A stretch of DNA of 64,000 nucleotides from a virus (taxonomy: Duplodnaviria > Caudoviricetes). Shown here in pieces: positions 27,536 through 37,480 of this stretch. The notes under the pieces are model-generated. The model made no database searches. It saw nothing but the letters and a program-made list of their open reading frames with translations, and was not told where the DNA came from. The position numbers and the translations under genes were made by a program. Position 1 is the stretch's first letter. Each line of letters opens with the position of its first letter. The stretch is taken from positions 953 through 64,952 of IMG/VR virus record IMGVR_UViG_3300035698_023197, one strand, 5' to 3'.

Positions 27536-27574
27536 GTACTCTCAACGGTGTCTATATTTGTTTTCTAAGTCATC

Positions 27575-28366
27575 ATGGCCATTCAGACCAACCTAGATAA
27601 CGCAAAAGTAGCACCCATCACCACCGAATTCAAACTGCCCAGCTGTGGTTTGATGTACAAAGAAAAGTTTGGCCCGCTGGTGAAAATCAAGCCATACTCC
27701 TTTGGTACCGAGCAGATCTTGATGACGAATCTCACGAGTGCCGAGAAGATGGCCAGCGTTGTCGGAGATTGCGTAGACCTTCCAAACGGAATGGTACCCA
27801 ATGATCTTTTGTTTTACGACATTCTCACTGTCCTCGCTATCGCTCGTGGCCTCACATATGGTGAGGTCTATTCTTTCAAGTCCGAATGCCCCGAGTGTGC
27901 GTTTAAGGAGACACACCAAGTCAAGGTGCCTCACGAGCTTCCCATCAAGACATGGGAGAAATATAAAAATAGAGAAGAATTGGATGCGGCCATGGAGTTC
28001 GTACTCCCTCACGCCACGGACAAGATCCGGATTAGACATTTTACGGTGGCTGATGAAGCCGAACTCAACCGGATAGCTGCGATGTCTGCAGCTGCCTCGA
28101 AGACGCCAATCGATGAAGAGCGGTACATCACGCGGCTTGCCATGCACCTGGTCACGGTAAACGGAGGGTCTCCGGACACCGTCGGAGAGGCGAAAACATA
28201 CGTCAAGCGGTTGAGAGGCCCGGACATGGTTGCGTACGAGGACGGAATCAACGAGAACCGTTGCGGTGTGGTCTTCGCGTGGGATGTCTTGTGTGGCGGA
28301 TCGGCGTGCGGTCACCAATACGAGGCTGTCGTACCGATGGCCAGTTCCTTTTTTCGTCGAGATTGA
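27575..28366 (+). CDS. gp26-like baseplate hub / tail assembly chaperone
   Basis: LPS.G..Y, R.LTYG..Y....CP.C, second Cys pair and terminal FF typical of T4 gp26-like proteins. Confidence 0.75.
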   Translation: MAIQTNLDNAKVAPITTEFKLPSCGLMYKEKFGPLVKIKPYSFGTEQILMTNLTSAEKMASVVGDCVDLPNGMVPNDLLFYDILTVLAIARGLTYGEVYSFKSECPECAFKETHQVKVPHELPIKTWEKYKNREELDAAMEFVLPHATDKIRIRHFTVADEAELNRIAAMSAAASKTPIDEERYITRLAMHLVTVNGGSPDTVGEAKTYVKRLRGPDMVAYEDGINENRCGVVFAWDVLCGGSACGHQYEAVVPMASSFFRRD

Positions 28367-28433
28367 TCCGGGTGACCCTGCGGGTCGCACCCCCACTTCT
28401 GCCGCGCTAGAAAGGCATATCCATAACCGGTCG

Positions 28434-28580
28434 ATGATAACGCAGATCGCGATGAATCTTCCTGGGTCAAGCCTTAAAGATCTGGAAGCCGCACCTCTCA
28501 CGACTGTTTTCGCATACTATACCGAGGTCGCCGACATCCTCAAGAAACAACAACCTGCCCATACAGGGAAACTGTTTTAA
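28434..28580 (+). CDS. gp51-like / tail chaperone downstream ORF (possibly a frameshift extension from 28353)
   Basis: SLKDLE..P.....Y pattern directly after the gp26-like gene; frame open across the TTTTTTC site. Confidence 0.55.
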   Translation: MITQIAMNLPGSSLKDLEAAPLTTVFAYYTEVADILKKQQPAHTGKLF

Positions 28581-28588
28581 CTTGAGAC

Positions 28589-28620
28589 TTGACAAACGTC
28601 CCCATGTGTGGTGGTATACT
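28589..28620 (+). promoter_or_regulatory. Sigma70-type promoter with 20-nt spacer and extended -10, leaderless
   Basis: TTGACA-20 nt-TATACT (TGGTATACT), ATG 6 nt downstream. Confidence 0.65.
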
Positions 28621-28626
28621 ATTGGT

Positions 28627-28926
28627 ATGACGAACGCAAAAAATAAGATGAGAGTCCACCGGTACGCCCTAACTCTTGGAATTGACAACGCTAAGAATTT
28701 CAAAGACGACAGGTTCGGGGGTGGGGCATGGAAAATCACGGTGAAACTTGACGACGGCAACAGAGTCTGGGGGACGCTCCCACGGGCGTTCGAGGATGAA
28801 GTGGGCCGAGGCGATCGCATCCAGTTTGAAGCTGGACTGAAGATCTCCCATGACGACACTCACTTCGGGTTCTTCAAGCGGCCAACCAAGATGAAAGTCC
28901 TGGGATTGGCGACCGCAACAGCGTAA
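28627..28926 (+). CDS. Small OB-fold-like early protein
   Basis: K..V..DDG.RVWGT.P...GD.I.F...FGFFKRPTK; start reassigned to ATG 28627. Confidence 0.65.
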   Translation: MTNAKNKMRVHRYALTLGIDNAKNFKDDRFGGGAWKITVKLDDGNRVWGTLPRAFEDEVGRGDRIQFEAGLKISHDDTHFGFFKRPTKMKVLGLATATA

Positions 28927-28930
28927 TCGC

Positions 28931-29497
28931 CTAAGGGGCGGAGACGATGTAGGCGTCGGTGACAGCGAAGATCACCTGAAACGACACGTGAGTCCCGTCC
29001 GCGTCCATATCGAAGGCGTTGTATTTGACATCAACAGGCCATATGCCCTCAAGGCGTATGGCCTGTTTTGCGTTTATAGGTGTATCCACGCAACCGTTGC
29101 TCCTTCTGCCGGGAGCGTAAAGAACGACAGAGGCCGATCCGATAATCCGGTTGTATAGCCCGACCGTGTCGGAGAAGGGGTTGTAGACCGCTCCCCGCCA
29201 CCGTGTGAAGAAACGTAGCGCCGTTGTGCTTGTGGTTGCACGGAAAACCAAAGGGACTTGGCCCGCGTGTTCCTTGAGCCCAGGCACCGGAAAATAACTG
29301 TTCACCATCGCATACTGAGCGACCTGGACCGGGTTTGAAATCTCGGGGATGCTTTGGATGGCATATTGGCCCAGATCCGGCATGTGGTTGCCTTCGTTAT
29401 CCGTTACGGCCAATTCGAAATGGCTTTGGCGGAGGGGCTCGAGCCCTAGATCGTTGCCCTCACCGAGCCAGACGTCGCTTGCTGATTTGAGTAGCAT
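28931..29497 (-). CDS. Tail-tube-like protein (gp19/gp54 paralog)
   Basis: EPLR..HFEL, W...VYNP....G, L.G.WP..V....D motifs shared with 42626..43195. Confidence 0.75.
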   Translation of the reverse strand: MLLKSASDVWLGEGNDLGLEPLRQSHFELAVTDNEGNHMPDLGQYAIQSIPEISNPVQVAQYAMVNSYFPVPGLKEHAGQVPLVFRATTSTTALRFFTRWRGAVYNPFSDTVGLYNRIIGSASVVLYAPGRRSNGCVDTPINAKQAIRLEGIWPVDVKYNAFDMDADGTHVSFQVIFAVTDAYIVSAP

Positions 29498-32358
29498 TAG
29501 TAGGAGAGTCGGAGGAAAGGAGCAGCGGCACAGACACCAGTTCCACTTCCTCCACCGTTGAGAATGGTGGTGTTGTCGTACGTAGAACGTGTCACGATCT
29601 GCGTCGAGGATATTATCCGGTCTACCACTGCGTCATGTTCTCCCAAAGCGTTAAGGAAGGTCACTCCTGTGAAGTAGAGACCCTCGTTGAGTTGCAGATT
29701 CGTGGTGCGGGTCATGGTGACTAGAGCAGCCCGGGAGCTCGTGGCGGTGCCAGTGTCTGTGGCGACGAATGTTGCGGTGACGATAACCCGGTCAGTGCTG
29801 GTCGAAACGACGGTGTGATCCCCGTTGTAGTTGGTCGATCCTGTGACTGTAAAGACGTCCCCTGCTTGCCAGACCGGGTGAACGTTGGTCGCCATGTCAA
29901 AGGCGATGTTGCCGAGACCGACGTCGATCACTGCTGTGAACGCCTCGCCGAAGGCCGACGCTGCTGTTACGTTCTCGGCTTGCCCACGCAAGGAGCCAAG
30001 ACCAGAACCACCTGGGACACAATGCAAGAAAATGTCGATGTCTGATGTCGATCTGACTCGGAGAGTGGCAAGCGCCGTGTGAAGGCTTTGAAGGGTAATG
30101 CTACGATCGCCGACGCCAGAAGCGAGTAGTTGCCCCGCCGAGATAGATGGGATGGAAACGTTGGCAGCAGGGGCGTCTCCGGGCCGTGGGGTGGAAGATA
30201 CCAAGAAAGTGAGCTTTCGGGGCTGGGACACCAGAGAGCGAGAGACGCCAGCGATGACGGCTGTCACATCAGAAGAAAAAGTTTCCGTGATTTGTACGAC
30301 GTTCGCTGATGTACCCACCACCTCGTATGTGCCATCATAGACACCACTAGTCTCGGAAATGGTGACGACATTCACTTTGTTGGTGCTACCGGCGAAAGCG
30401 TCGCCACCTGCCAATTCGCCGAAGTTGCCCACTGTCGTAGTCAGACCCAAGGTGCCACCACCATCATCAGCGATAGAAGCAACAGCATAAGCCCGTGTCT
30501 CCCGTTGCATCAGAGCGATTTGAACATCGAAGTTGTCGGTATCGACGGTAGAAATAACTGCCCAATCGATCTCGTGCTGAATGTTGGTGACTTCACCCCG
30601 TGAATGGCTGATGATATCCCACCCGGTGGAGTACGGAAACAACGTGATAGACTCGTTTGGTCGTACGAGATTGAGAGCATCTCTATTGATCGACATCCCC
30701 TGCGGGTTGACGAGAATAGACTGTGACCCTTCGGAATTGTCTCGTTTGATAACAACTTCTGACTTCGGATAAGTTGCCGGATCGCCCAGTGTAATAACAA
30801 GATTATTAGCAGAAGCGGCGGCGAAAATAACACCATCTCCAGGTAACACAGTGTAGTCTGTGGCCACAGTAACCTCAACACCTCGTGTGAGTACCCCACC
30901 TTTGTCTTTGTAAGCCAGTGTGTCTTGCACCGAACTATGGAACAGGCCTCCAGCGTCCGACGCGAGTACCGCTAGGTCGAGTCCAGCACCCATGACGACG
31001 GAGCCGTCGACGGGGAGCAAGCCATGCAACCCAAGGATGGCTCCGGTCATTGTGCCACCCGTAAGCGGAAGGCCTCCCCCGCTGCCCGTGAATAGGTTGT
31101 CTACATACTCCTTTGTTGCAGCATGTCCGTTGGCCGTTGGCGCATCGGAGAGGGTAAGGAGACCCGTCATGATACCACCAGACAATGATACCTGCAACGC
31201 CAATTGCGTTTCAACCCAAGATTTGGTCGTAGCCTGGGTGGCCACCACAGGATCGCCGCTGAGGTTGAGACTTCCGGTCATCGTGCCGCCCGTAAGAGGA
31301 AGCATCAAGTCGGCGTAAGCCTTGTTAGCAGCCATACCAGCCGCCGTCGGCGTTCCGAACAGCGTCAAGTTGCCCGTCATCTGGCCTCCAGCGAGAGCTT
31401 GTTGGTCCACGTAAGTCTTGGTCGAGGCGTGTAAACCGCTGGTGGGAGCTCCGGAGAGGGTAAGAAGACCCGTCATCGTGCCGCCGAGTAGCGGCACCAT
31501 AATATCCGTGTAGGCCTTGGTCGCTGCTTGGAGGGGCTGAGAAGGGCTGGCGTGGAGCAACAAGGCTCCGGTCATCGTGCCGCCAGAGAGTGGCACACCC
31601 GCTGCGGCGTCGACGTATTGTTTGGTCGCCGCCTGAAGAGACGCCGTCGGATCTGATGCCAGCAGCAACGATCCGGAGAGCGTACCACCTGTGAGAGCGA
31701 GTTTGCGGTCGGCATACTGTTTTGGTACAGCGTGCAGGGCAGATGTCGGGTTGGTGTGCAGGCTCAGGAAGCCAGTCATCGTATCACCAGCAACGGTGAC
31801 TCGTGCTGTCAAAGCATCTGTCAAGCCGGTAATCTTTCCTTGGGAGATGCTGTCGACGTTGGCGTCTTTAATAAGACTCCCAACCCACACCCCAGACTCT
31901 TTGACGAAAAGTCCACCTTCAGGGACCGAGGCAAGATCTACTCCAAGGAAAGCCGTCGGTTCAAGAATCGAAAGAACGGTCCATTTTGTGGTGTCGATCC
32001 CTGGCCGAGTTGCGGAGTTGACGGAGTTGACGATACAGACGTATGTGAGACCTGCGTCAGATACAACCCAACCCGACTGATAGATGGCCTCCGAAACCCA
32101 ATCGCCGCCCCAAATGAGACCCTTTCCTCGGAAAGTTGGGAGTGTCTCGTCGACTATCTGCGCCAGCTTTACAGCAGACACCGTAGATGAGATTATCCCT
32201 TTTTGAGCTTGTGAGACAGCAGTTGGGTGGAGAGAAAGGCCGTCGATGACGACGCTAGCTTCCGATGAGATGTCAACTACCTGTTCCTTGCCCGCAAGGT
32301 CGTAGTACTGGACGGAAACAATCTGCTCGAGATTGTTTGTGATATTGAACGTAGGCAT
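29497..32358 (-). CDS. Tail fibre-like virion protein with GGTMTG/AATK.YVD repeats
   Basis: About 7 tandem ~33-aa repeats; beta-rich distal domains; start ATG 32358 or TTG 32364. Confidence 0.75.
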   Translation of the reverse strand: MPTFNITNNLEQIVSVQYYDLAGKEQVVDISSEASVVIDGLSLHPTAVSQAQKGIISSTVSAVKLAQIVDETLPTFRGKGLIWGGDWVSEAIYQSGWVVSDAGLTYVCIVNSVNSATRPGIDTTKWTVLSILEPTAFLGVDLASVPEGGLFVKESGVWVGSLIKDANVDSISQGKITGLTDALTARVTVAGDTMTGFLSLHTNPTSALHAVPKQYADRKLALTGGTLSGSLLLASDPTASLQAATKQYVDAAAGVPLSGGTMTGALLLHASPSQPLQAATKAYTDIMVPLLGGTMTGLLTLSGAPTSGLHASTKTYVDQQALAGGQMTGNLTLFGTPTAAGMAANKAYADLMLPLTGGTMTGSLNLSGDPVVATQATTKSWVETQLALQVSLSGGIMTGLLTLSDAPTANGHAATKEYVDNLFTGSGGGLPLTGGTMTGAILGLHGLLPVDGSVVMGAGLDLAVLASDAGGLFHSSVQDTLAYKDKGGVLTRGVEVTVATDYTVLPGDGVIFAAASANNLVITLGDPATYPKSEVVIKRDNSEGSQSILVNPQGMSINRDALNLVRPNESITLFPYSTGWDIISHSRGEVTNIQHEIDWAVISTVDTDNFDVQIALMQRETRAYAVASIADDGGGTLGLTTTVGNFGELAGGDAFAGSTNKVNVVTISETSGVYDGTYEVVGTSANVVQITETFSSDVTAVIAGVSRSLVSQPRKLTFLVSSTPRPGDAPAANVSIPSISAGQLLASGVGDRSITLQSLHTALATLRVRSTSDIDIFLHCVPGGSGLGSLRGQAENVTAASAFGEAFTAVIDVGLGNIAFDMATNVHPVWQAGDVFTVTGSTNYNGDHTVVSTSTDRVIVTATFVATDTGTATSSRAALVTMTRTTNLQLNEGLYFTGVTFLNALGEHDAVVDRIISSTQIVTRSTYDNTTILNGGGSGTGVCAAAPFLRLSY

Positions 32359-32383
32359 CGGCAATAAATACCGCCCTCGTCAC

Positions 32384-34375
32384 TTAGCTCGCTTGTTCGC
32401 GTGCTCGCTGGGCGATCCGCACGGACGGATGGCTTGCCGCTTCCGTTATGGGGGCCATTGACTCGAGGACGCCAGAGTCCATGGCCTCCTGAAGCGCTGC
32501 CTTATGATCAGCGAAGTCGATGACACCATCATTAGCTGGAGGGGGGCAGCTTTCGTCGAGTTTGTACTTGGACATGTTGTACTCGTCAGCCTCGACCAGT
32601 GAGACCTTCCCGGAAGAGTGAATGCGAGAAGCGTTTTCAAGAATCAAGCTGATGTTGTACTGGATGCCTGCAACTTTTTCGTCCAACTTATCATCAGCCT
32701 TTGAGTCTTCGTCGTCTGATTCAAGCAAGTTTGCCCGGCGCGTTTTGTGCGATTTGATTCCCTCGACCAGTTGATTGAGAGCCCTGTTGGCGCGAGTCGT
32801 AGAAGCTAACTCCTCTGGCGGCTCACCACCTTCGGGTCCTCCCAATCCATCGTCACCAAGTCCAAGGTCGTCGCCGAGAGCGCCAAGATCATCGCCCGGG
32901 GGCATACCACCTGGTCCCATTCCGCCCGGTCCCATTCCGCCCGGTCCCATCTCATCTTCACCATCGTTGCCAATAGCCTTGTTTATCGAAACAGCGAGCT
33001 TTGCGACATCAATGAACTTGCGCGGCAAGTGGAGGTATTCCTTGAAGACGAGTTCGATGATCTCGCGATTTGGGATTTCCAGGGCCTGGCAAATGTCGAC
33101 CAGCGAACGGGAAAGGTTGACCTGAGTCTCCATCGCGGCTGCATTGACTTCTTCTTCGATCGATGAGATCTTGGACATCCGCACAGTGATCTTGTATTGT
33201 TCGGGGTCAACACCCTGGAACAGTAAGTGGAGTTGCGCCATACGGTGGAAGCCGGAAATGAGAGGCCGTCGCAGCACCCGCACCATCCGAGCAAACCGGA
33301 TATCTTGCGATACCAAAGACCCTTGAGCGAGTCCGCCTCCGTCATCTCCGTGGCCAACATACGCTTTCGGCACACGGGCTCCACCAAAGAAACTCTTCGT
33401 CAGGTACTCCAAGTCGTGGACGTCCGGGACGTCGCGGTCTCCGTCCATCTTCTGAACCTTGGTGTTGGTCTCCTCCGACCGGACTGGCAACCACAAGATC
33501 GAGTCGAGTGCCGGAACGTCGAAGCGAGATTGGAACGTGCCCTGTTCCGGGTTTACCATGATATTGTGGCGCATCAGCTGTTTGAAGTTGTTAATGGTCT
33601 CCATGGCCTCCATGACCGTCTGGTTTCCAACATCAACAAACACCACGTGCCGGTTGGGCATCGTGTGAAGACGGTACATCACCATTTGGTCAGTAGCCAT
33701 CTTGATTTTCCGATACAGGGAAAACAAGTGATCGATGATACTCTTGCCGTACTCGGTGTCGGTATCTGCAATGCGGCGGAAGTGAAGGAACTCCCATGGT
33801 GCGAAAACACCCTCGTCGGACTCGAAGATAATGTCCTCTTCTTTCGGTGTGCCACCTTCCCACTTGAAGCCCAGGAGGCGACGGGTCGTCGGGTCCCACA
33901 GTCGCTTCATCGTGTGGTTTTTGACACCGACAACCTGTTGGATACCTTTGTCATTGCGGAGGATGCGCCGGAAGTCGTTGCCCGTGCCGCAGGTGTTGAA
34001 CGCGATGGAGTAAATGTAATCCTCAGAGCGGATTCGCTCGAGCATTTCGTTGAGATCTTCCTCAACTTTCGGGTCGTTGCATTCGTACCAAAGAGACTTG
34101 CCGCTGCTGATGTCCGGTTGAGTGGACTCTTCCGCGTAAAGGTCGATGATAGGCTGAACCAAGTCATGGTGCGACATCTCCTCCATTTCCTGGATGTGAG
34201 CGCTAGGGTCCTTCGACCCAAGAATGTATCGTTCCTCGAAGTCGTTGAGTTGGGACATTTGCCCCACATCGGTATGGTTGTACCGATCGACTTCTTGCCG
34301 CGTAAGGTTGACAGGGCTGGCCTCGTACCAGCCGAATGTCTTCCAAAGATTGTATCTGATGCCGTTGTTAGCCAT
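32384..34375 (-). CDS. Portal protein (T4 gp20-like) with long C-terminal extension
   Basis: YR...P.R.VF.VDVGN, D..WLPVR, D.EY......RVP.AY, DIRF.R.V..L. Confidence 0.93.
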   Translation of the reverse strand: MANNGIRYNLWKTFGWYEASPVNLTRQEVDRYNHTDVGQMSQLNDFEERYILGSKDPSAHIQEMEEMSHHDLVQPIIDLYAEESTQPDISSGKSLWYECNDPKVEEDLNEMLERIRSEDYIYSIAFNTCGTGNDFRRILRNDKGIQQVVGVKNHTMKRLWDPTTRRLLGFKWEGGTPKEEDIIFESDEGVFAPWEFLHFRRIADTDTEYGKSIIDHLFSLYRKIKMATDQMVMYRLHTMPNRHVVFVDVGNQTVMEAMETINNFKQLMRHNIMVNPEQGTFQSRFDVPALDSILWLPVRSEETNTKVQKMDGDRDVPDVHDLEYLTKSFFGGARVPKAYVGHGDDGGGLAQGSLVSQDIRFARMVRVLRRPLISGFHRMAQLHLLFQGVDPEQYKITVRMSKISSIEEEVNAAAMETQVNLSRSLVDICQALEIPNREIIELVFKEYLHLPRKFIDVAKLAVSINKAIGNDGEDEMGPGGMGPGGMGPGGMPPGDDLGALGDDLGLGDDGLGGPEGGEPPEELASTTRANRALNQLVEGIKSHKTRRANLLESDDEDSKADDKLDEKVAGIQYNISLILENASRIHSSGKVSLVEADEYNMSKYKLDESCPPPANDGVIDFADHKAALQEAMDSGVLESMAPITEAASHPSVRIAQRAREQAS

Positions 34376-34428
34376 AATTATCCAAAGTCAAAAAGAACGC
34401 GGTTGCCTGTGCTGTCCACAGTCATTAG

Positions 34429-34645
34429 CTATTTAGCTTTAAAGCTAAAAGAATTTTTGGCTTTTAACGCGTTTATGGTTGAATTGTCGGGTTTCGTATA
34501 CGCTGCAAGTAACCAGGGTTCTTCTGTAAGGGTTTCTTGAAACCATTTGATGTGTTCAGCGTCTTCATAGTCATGCTGGTCTTGTACCTGTTGAGGTACC
34601 TTGTTGCCAGTTTTCCAGCAGCTTATCGAAAGTATCCACAGTCAT
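34429..34645 (-). pseudogene. Frameshifted small ORF flanked by 15-bp direct repeats
   Basis: MTVDTFDKLLENWQQ, then +1 frame VPQQVQDQHDYED...FKAK*; TCCACAGTCATTAGC at 34415-34429 and 34635-34649. Confidence 0.5.
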
Positions 34646-37026
34646 TAGCAGCGCTTCGTTGCAGCCACTTTCACGTCGCCGTTGATAGTCAGTGTTCGTA
34701 CGGTCACCTTTTCACGGGAACTCGCTTGGATGCGTTCAATGTCGGAGTCGACGGAGGAAAAATGGACGCTATATTCGGTGACGCCATTCGTCGATGCCAC
34801 GATGCGTTCGATTTCGGACCGGAGCAAATCTTGCTCGGGAAGCAACACATAATCCATGTAGCGAATAATGCGGCGGACGATGTTATCAGAAACGATGGCG
34901 TTGGCCTCGCGGAACTCGATATAAATGTCGGTGGCTGCTTCTAGTTGCCAAGCGATCGGATAAAAGTCAGAACTGAGTACCTCAGCCTTATCAACGTCGT
35001 ATGAAGCTTTTGCTCCCATATCGCTGCGTACGGTGACGAGGTTGCTCGAGATGGTGGTGATGATGCCGACCGTGGGAGTCTTCCCGTCTTGGACGATCAT
35101 GATCAAACCGCCGACGCACAGGATAGAGACGTTGGTGACGGTGAAAGAGACGGCACCTATCACCACCTCCGTGGCGAGTGTGGTCTTGAAAGGCTGTTGA
35201 ACAGTATTTACGAAAAGTTCATGCTCGTCGGTTGGGTGGACGTCCGATGGTGGCTCCAAGAGAACGTGTTCGACACCTTCGACGTCTGCAACTGCATCGT
35301 AAGCACCGCCGATCCGGTAAGGACAACCTGGAGTGAATGCGGTAAAATACGCGCTCACGGCAGTGGCGATACGCTCTTCCATGGTACGCTCGTCGATATC
35401 GAGAGCATACCGGTACCGGATGATGAAAGGCAAGTGGGTGCTGATGCCGTCGACGATGAGCACTTCATCTGTAATCATCTTGCGCTTATTGAGGTATTCC
35501 AGCAAGGCCCGCTTGAGGGGGAGCGACGGTGGAGCAAGTTGACCGTTGACACCTTCAGCCCAAGCGTATACCCAAACCAGGTTGTTTTCTCGTGGCACCG
35601 CATTTCGGTGAAGAACCCCGGTAGCGAGCTTGATCCGGCCCGCTGTGCGGTCCACAAAATTCGAGGCCAGATAAGCGTAGTCGTCGACGGTGACGGCACG
35701 GTCATTAGACCGAATAAACGCCGGGATGTTTTTCTTGGCTGTCGTGACGCTTTCACGGTCTTGACCGCCTTTGCCCGTCGTATAATCGTTGCGGATGAAG
35801 ACGTTGCCTACGGAGGTCGGGAGAGTAGTGTTGAATGCACCTTGCGCCACGTTTCCGTCTGCGCCTCCGCCGACCCTGTACGACACGGTGACGACGGCAT
35901 TACTCGGTACCAAAGACCCGAAGATACCATCGCCGAATGTGACCACCAGACGATCAATCTCATCAAAATCAGTCGAGTATGCAAGGGAGGTCGAGGTTTC
36001 AAAGAGCAAGGAAAGCGTCTCGGTCCAGGCAATGCCATTTACGGTGACATCAACACCAGACTCGGCGATGTCACTGAGAAGGCCGGGCTGTTGAGAGGCG
36101 ATAAAAGCTTCCGATGGTCCAGACGTGACGGGGTAAAAACTGGCCTTTATTTCCCAGTTTTTCCGGTCGTCGGTGTCTAGAGGTGCTGCGAACGACTCTT
36201 GCCGGGACTCGCCTTGAGTAAGTTTGATGTTCCGGTTCTCGATGGTCCACTTTCCTTGCCAAGTCTCGGTGCCAAGCCAAGGTCTATCCAGATAGAGTAC
36301 CGCCCTATCTGCGGCGTCGTCTGGAAACTTGCTAATACCGACGATAGCGTATTCGTCCAGAGATTGTCCCGGGGAAGCTCCGAACACACCTGCAGCATAC
36401 TGAGCGCCAAGCTTCAGGATGTGGCCTTCTGAAGTCGTGGTACCGAAGTTGAACGTACTATTGAACCGGACACCGTCAGTATTCACCAGCACCACGTAAG
36501 CTTGGTTTGGTACAAGTTGGACCTGTGCTTTTACTGATTCCAGTTGCCCGGTTGTGTCGAGGTTCCGCGCCAAAATGTCGCCGTAGCTGGAGATAGCTTC
36601 GACGGGAGTGAATCTACCTGGTTCGATGCGGTAATCACCCGCCACCTCCCAAGTGAGACCATTTGCGGACCGGATCTTGGTGCCCGACGGGATATTAATT
36701 TCCTCTGGGTAGATGGGTGGGCTGGCTGCTTCGGCATATACCTCGATGCTGGCCGAAGTAGACCTGCGAAGGCTGTACCCGGTTAGGCGGACGAAGTGGA
36801 GCAAAGACTCTCTGTGTACCAGGGTCTCTAAGAAGGATTCTTGCGTTTGCGCGTCCAACAAGAAAGACATCATCGTCGCATCGTACGCGATGAGTTCCAG
36901 CAGCACCGTGCCGAGGTCTCCAGCGAATAACGAATTCCAGACGTCGGGAGCAACGCGCTTGACGTGTTCTTGAAGCGCGATGACGTTCGAATCAAAGTCG
37001 CGGGCTGTATAGTCGATCTTTGGCAT
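34645..37026 (-). CDS. Baseplate wedge protein (T4 gp6-like)
   Basis: DYTARDFDS, LLELIAY, E.FLET, FGDG.FG..P, Y.VGGG..GN, GG.D.ES, RAVT..DY. Confidence 0.92.
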   Translation of the reverse strand: MPKIDYTARDFDSNVIALQEHVKRVAPDVWNSLFAGDLGTVLLELIAYDATMMSFLLDAQTQESFLETLVHRESLLHFVRLTGYSLRRSTSASIEVYAEAASPPIYPEEINIPSGTKIRSANGLTWEVAGDYRIEPGRFTPVEAISSYGDILARNLDTTGQLESVKAQVQLVPNQAYVVLVNTDGVRFNSTFNFGTTTSEGHILKLGAQYAAGVFGASPGQSLDEYAIVGISKFPDDAADRAVLYLDRPWLGTETWQGKWTIENRNIKLTQGESRQESFAAPLDTDDRKNWEIKASFYPVTSGPSEAFIASQQPGLLSDIAESGVDVTVNGIAWTETLSLLFETSTSLAYSTDFDEIDRLVVTFGDGIFGSLVPSNAVVTVSYRVGGGADGNVAQGAFNTTLPTSVGNVFIRNDYTTGKGGQDRESVTTAKKNIPAFIRSNDRAVTVDDYAYLASNFVDRTAGRIKLATGVLHRNAVPRENNLVWVYAWAEGVNGQLAPPSLPLKRALLEYLNKRKMITDEVLIVDGISTHLPFIIRYRYALDIDERTMEERIATAVSAYFTAFTPGCPYRIGGAYDAVADVEGVEHVLLEPPSDVHPTDEHELFVNTVQQPFKTTLATEVVIGAVSFTVTNVSILCVGGLIMIVQDGKTPTVGIITTISSNLVTVRSDMGAKASYDVDKAEVLSSDFYPIAWQLEAATDIYIEFREANAIVSDNIVRRIIRYMDYVLLPEQDLLRSEIERIVASTNGVTEYSVHFSSVDSDIERIQASSREKVTVRTLTINGDVKVAATKRC

Positions 37027-37060
37027 AATGATCTCAGATATTTAGCGTTCTTTATACCTG

Positions 37061-37480
37061 ATGGATAACTTTGTCATTACACAAAAGGACTGGGAGATCG
37101 AACGCGATCGTCTGGTATCGGACCTAAAAAGCGGTGAGTATGCTAACACAAGGGCTGCTGAGTATGGAATCTTAGTCCCGATGGAGAGTTTCTTCCGGAT
37201 GTATTACTGTTGCTTGGCCTTGGGTATGCGCAAGTCTCCTGAGCATCGGGGCGATATAGTGAGAGGGGGACACAAGTTCTTGCAGGACCTAGCATTGTGG
37301 GTTGAACGCAGTCTCGACGACGGCGATCATTCTGACAACGATGAGCACGAAGCTTCTGTCAGAAACGATATGAAAGGTCTCAACGCCGTGTTGGACGTCC
37401 TCACCTGCCAGCTTCCTCCCGAAGGCACAGTAGAAACCCCCAAAGACGATGGTAACGCTAAAGACACTGAAACTGCATAA
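37061..37480 (+). CDS. Hypothetical protein
   Basis: ATG ORF overlapping the start of the Rad50-like gene. Confidence 0.6.
   Translation: MDNFVITQKDWEIERDRLVSDLKSGEYANTRAAEYGILVPMESFFRMYYCCLALGMRKSPEHRGDIVRGGHKFLQDLALWVERSLDDGDHSDNDEHEASVRNDMKGLNAVLDVLTCQLPPEGTVETPKDDGNAKDTETA

Noticed and set aside
31030-31800. Fibre repeats as a diversity-generating retroelement or invertible segment
   Set aside because: Repeats are degenerate protein-level repeats; no reverse transcriptase or invertase, and no adenine-specific TR/VR pair seen.
33227-34540. 437-aa + strand ORF
   Set aside because: Antisense shadow of the portal gene.
35089-36180. 363-aa + strand ORF
   Set aside because: Antisense shadow of the gp6-like gene.
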